A stretch of 63,593 nt of DNA, counting the filler, from Cercozoa sp. M6MM (lineage: Eukaryota; Protista; Endomyxa: Ascetosporea), in NCBI GenBank assembly GCA_040357565.1. It is 16 parts of 16 records of this genome, joined end to end, with 100 filler letters (N's around TTAATTAATTAA, not from the genome) between each part and the next. Parts side by side here need not be neighbours in the genome. Positions count along the whole stretch, not along the records: positions 58,899 to 63,593 come from JBDODJ010001075.1; 15 more parts are not named here. One strand, written 5' to 3'. Shown in pieces: positions 60,566 through 63,593 of this stretch. The notes beneath the pieces were generated by a model. The model made no database searches. It was not told the origin of the DNA and saw only the letters and a list, made by a program, of their open reading frames with translations. Every line of letters begins with the position of its first letter. The first letter of the stretch is position 1. A program made the position numbers and the translations under genes.

Positions 60566-63494
60566 CTAGCCAGTCTCGGAAACCTCAGTGAGGTCGTCAG
60601 AGCTGCGCCAGCGCGCCAGAATCTGTCGCAGGCTGCGACGATCGCGTTGTCGCTGCTGCTGGCGCTGCTGACTGTGACTGCGCAGACTGCGCTCGCTGTG
60701 CACCGTCACTGCTCGACTAAGTTCCTGCGCAGACCGACATTTTAATACAGCACACTAAGTATTTGTTATCTCGCTGGCGAGTCGAGAAATATACCTCACT
60801 ATCGGCACGTTGTGCATTGAAGAAGGCGTTTCGCACTGCCTCTGAGACAAGGCCAAGAACAGGGTGTATGACAGTGCCACGCCAGATCACGAGTGAGTGA
60901 CAGTACGGGCGAAACGCGTGTCACCCGTGCGCAGGTAGCCGAGGTGCTCGTCCTCCAGATTGAGCGCATGCTGGCTGCGCCAGGTCGCCGTGTCCAGGTT
61001 GTCGTAGTACACACGTCGCTCCCTTCACTCAAACCATGGACCGTGGTATGATAGTGTACTGCATCGGCATAAAAGTACCGTGGTAGCAGCACGCTGGCAA
61101 AGTCGACAACACTCTCGTGAACGGTTTGCACGACGTGGAGTGATGTGTCTGTTTCTGACAGGCACTCTGAGGAGTCAAAAACAGCATCCCTCAGGGTCAA
61201 GCTCGCTTGTTTTACCGTGTATCGTTGACGCAGAGGGCCGGTAGGACAGCAAGGAATTCAAGTCGACCGACTGCTCAAGTCAAAGCATGCGAGGAGGCTA
61301 AGATAGTGTGGCAGAGGGATACGAATTGTGCAAAGGTTCGTGGTGCAACGTGGTCGCTCCACCGCTCAGGCGTTTCTCCCTCTTCCTCATGGTCGCTGTG
61401 GTCACCTTCCGCGCGGTCACTATGCGTGTGCTCACTGTGCGTGTGTTCGGAAGGATCGCGCTCGCTCGTACAGGCCATGTCGCCGATCACGTAGATGCAG
61501 TCGCCGACATGGACGTAGGTGTCGGCCGACGGACTCATCAGTACCTGTGACCACATAATAGTGTCCTGAGTACCCTGTGGGGCAGTAGACGAGAGGAAGA
61601 GGGCTGTACCACTCGAGCAGGCGGGCGCTGTATGTCCTCAGTCGAGCGATTGCTGCTTCGGCGATGGTGGTGTCCAAGATCGTCGTAGGAAGCGTAGGCA
61701 CATTGCACCTGTATGTAGGGGAGGCCAATACGAAAGAATACAAGCAGGCAAGAGCACTCACTACCTTGAGTAAAGCAACGGGAACAAAATCGCGCTGTTC
61801 AAAGTACTCGCACGTGACGCGGTACCGCGTGTCGCACACACTCCGTGGCACTCGCAGCAGCATCAGCTGCATGCGCGAGAAGGCGGCCGAGACACAATCA
61901 GTGCCAATGCTGTCACAGGAGAAGGAAGAGGCAGAAGACCCAAGCTTCCTGTCCTCCTTCCTGTCTTCCTTCCTGTCCTCCTTCCCGTCTTCCTTCCTGT
62001 CCTCCTTCTTGTCTTCCTTCCTGTCCTCCTCTCCGTCTTCCTTAAGCTGTCTATCGTCATCGGCACTATCGGCGTCGTTCAGTTCCGTCACTGTGTCGTC
62101 TTCGCTGTGTCCCAGCAGTGCACTCAGTCTGGAGAAGGGAGTACACTAATTAGGTGAGAGTTACACGGTACAACAACAAGAGCGACTCTACAGGTAAGGT
62201 AGCAGGGGCGACCACATCGACATGGCCGACAGCGCCGACGCGAGTTCTTCGCCCTGTTCCCCAGAAGATTAAATCAACCAAACTATCCTCAGCACAGCAG
62301 ATAAACGCCCACCGAAAGCAGTGTGTTCATGGCGGCAATGTCGGGAATCTCACGTCCTTCCTTCATGCGACGAGTGTCATCGTGCTGCCTCAGCGCAGAT
62401 GTATCCGGATTGATGCCCAATGAGGGGTATTGGAAAGATGGCAAGTACCCCAAGTTTCTCGAGCAGCTCCACTCGTCGCACATTGTCGTGCGCGTCCTGC
62501 AGCTGCTTGGTCAGCGGACTGTTGACGCGCAGTCTGTCGCCGCAGAGCGGAATGGTGCGCGCCATCAGCGCCGACAGCGCCGGTCGCGCGAATCGCAGGT
62601 TTCTGTATAAACAACACTTTTGCTAACAATGTAGTATCTCTCTGGTGCTCAAGGATAACTTGAATCCATAAAGACAAAGGTAGAATAGTTATATATATAT
62701 ATATCCTTAAATATATGCACCTGACCACATAGTACACAAACGCCTAGGTACAGAGCAATACCGCGTGGCACGCATGCTGAGCAGCAATGGTGCGCGCTGA
62801 CTGCAGCACCAGCGACGACGCCGGTATCGCTGGTCCAGGTACTGTGCGTACACAGCATCCACTGCCAGTGACACGTAGATCACCGACATATCCGCCAGCA
62901 CTGCACTCGAATAAACGGCTACTCTTTCTGCCAAGACACGGACAGGTTTACTCCCCTACCTAACGCACGTGACTCGTCCCCTTCCAACTACATATGTATA
63001 TATGTATATTTATGTCTACTATGCCTGTATATTTATACGCCAGTAGCTGTATTGTATAGGTGTACAACAGAGTCGTCGCGAATGCTCTGCACGGCAGGGA
63101 CGCGCGTGCTGCCAAAGACGGCACTGACAGCGGTGAGCGGCAGCTGAATGCGCGTGTTGGCGTGCCGCGTCGGTCGTCGCCGCGTCGGTTTGGCAGTCGG
63201 GGCCAGTGCGCCTATACTCTCATCCGTGTCGCCCAGTACTACCACACGACGTGCTGACAGTACACCGCACCTACATCGATATCCATAGACATAAACATAA
63301 TCGCATACCTACATATCTATATCATGTCTAGCACACCACTACTCCAAAGTACCTCCGCAGAGTGTCGCAGTTTAGAGGTGATCCACGGTGCCACAGGAAC
63401 GTGTCGCTACTGGTATCGCTGTCGCTGCACCAACGTTGGTACAGACGCCAGGCAGGCGAGTCACTTCGAGTCGGTGCCAGCAGTAGTACTGACC
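60566..63494 (-). CDS. Large hypothetical multi-exon protein with KEDR repeats; 5' partial
   Basis: Minus-strand exons flanked by GT/AG; (KEDR)n at about 61945-62035. No family recognised and the 3' end is approximate. Confidence 0.55.
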
Positions 63495-63502
63495 TGTGTA
63501 TG

Positions 63503-63592
<90 letters not shown>

Positions 63593-63593
63593 A

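Noticed and set aside
1-63593. Stop-codon reassignment or widespread non-canonical introns
   Set aside because: Conserved genes (uL2, LAG1, PLPBP, OMA1, SMC1, USP) splice cleanly with GT-AG introns and standard stops; only the U2SURP site is anomalous.

Overview
This is eukaryotic (protist-like) nuclear DNA, not a prokaryotic locus. The window is about 16 short contigs joined by 15 artificial 100-bp linkers (N44-TTAATTAATTAA-N44), so adjacency across linkers is meaningless. Genes are dense, use the standard genetic code, and are split by many GT-AG introns, mostly 50-400 nt. Hand-spliced, recognisable genes are: tRNA-Arg(CCT), an ING-family protein, a GGFGQ-repeat FG protein, mitoribosomal uL2, a class II-like HDAC, an HMG-box fragment, a SHOCT-alpha-kinase, LAG1/TLC ceramide synthase, a DH-PH RhoGEF, PLPBP/YggS, an EF-hand two-pore channel, a PRELI-domain protein, U2SURP, a Rho/Rac GTPase, a cNMP-binding protein, OMA1, SMC1, a USP20/33-like deubiquitinase and a Wee1/Myt1-like kinase, plus several hypothetical proteins. 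Four decayed copies of one RNase H-bearing non-LTR retrotransposon family are present. The most notable observations are: (1) an intron system with weak GTAC-type donors in which many introns carry their own strand-polarised simple repeat (TTTACCCC/TACCCT telomere-like, UG, UAUG); (2) a covarying structured RNA at the retroelement 3' end; (3) a ~154-nt switch- or pseudoknot-like RNA upstream of the RhoGEF; (4) a tRNA with a swapped A18/G55 elbow; (5) a U2SURP lacking its SURP domain and carrying an apparent frameshift. The organism cannot be determined from sequence alone. All gene models are manual, and the coordinates of partial genes are approximate.
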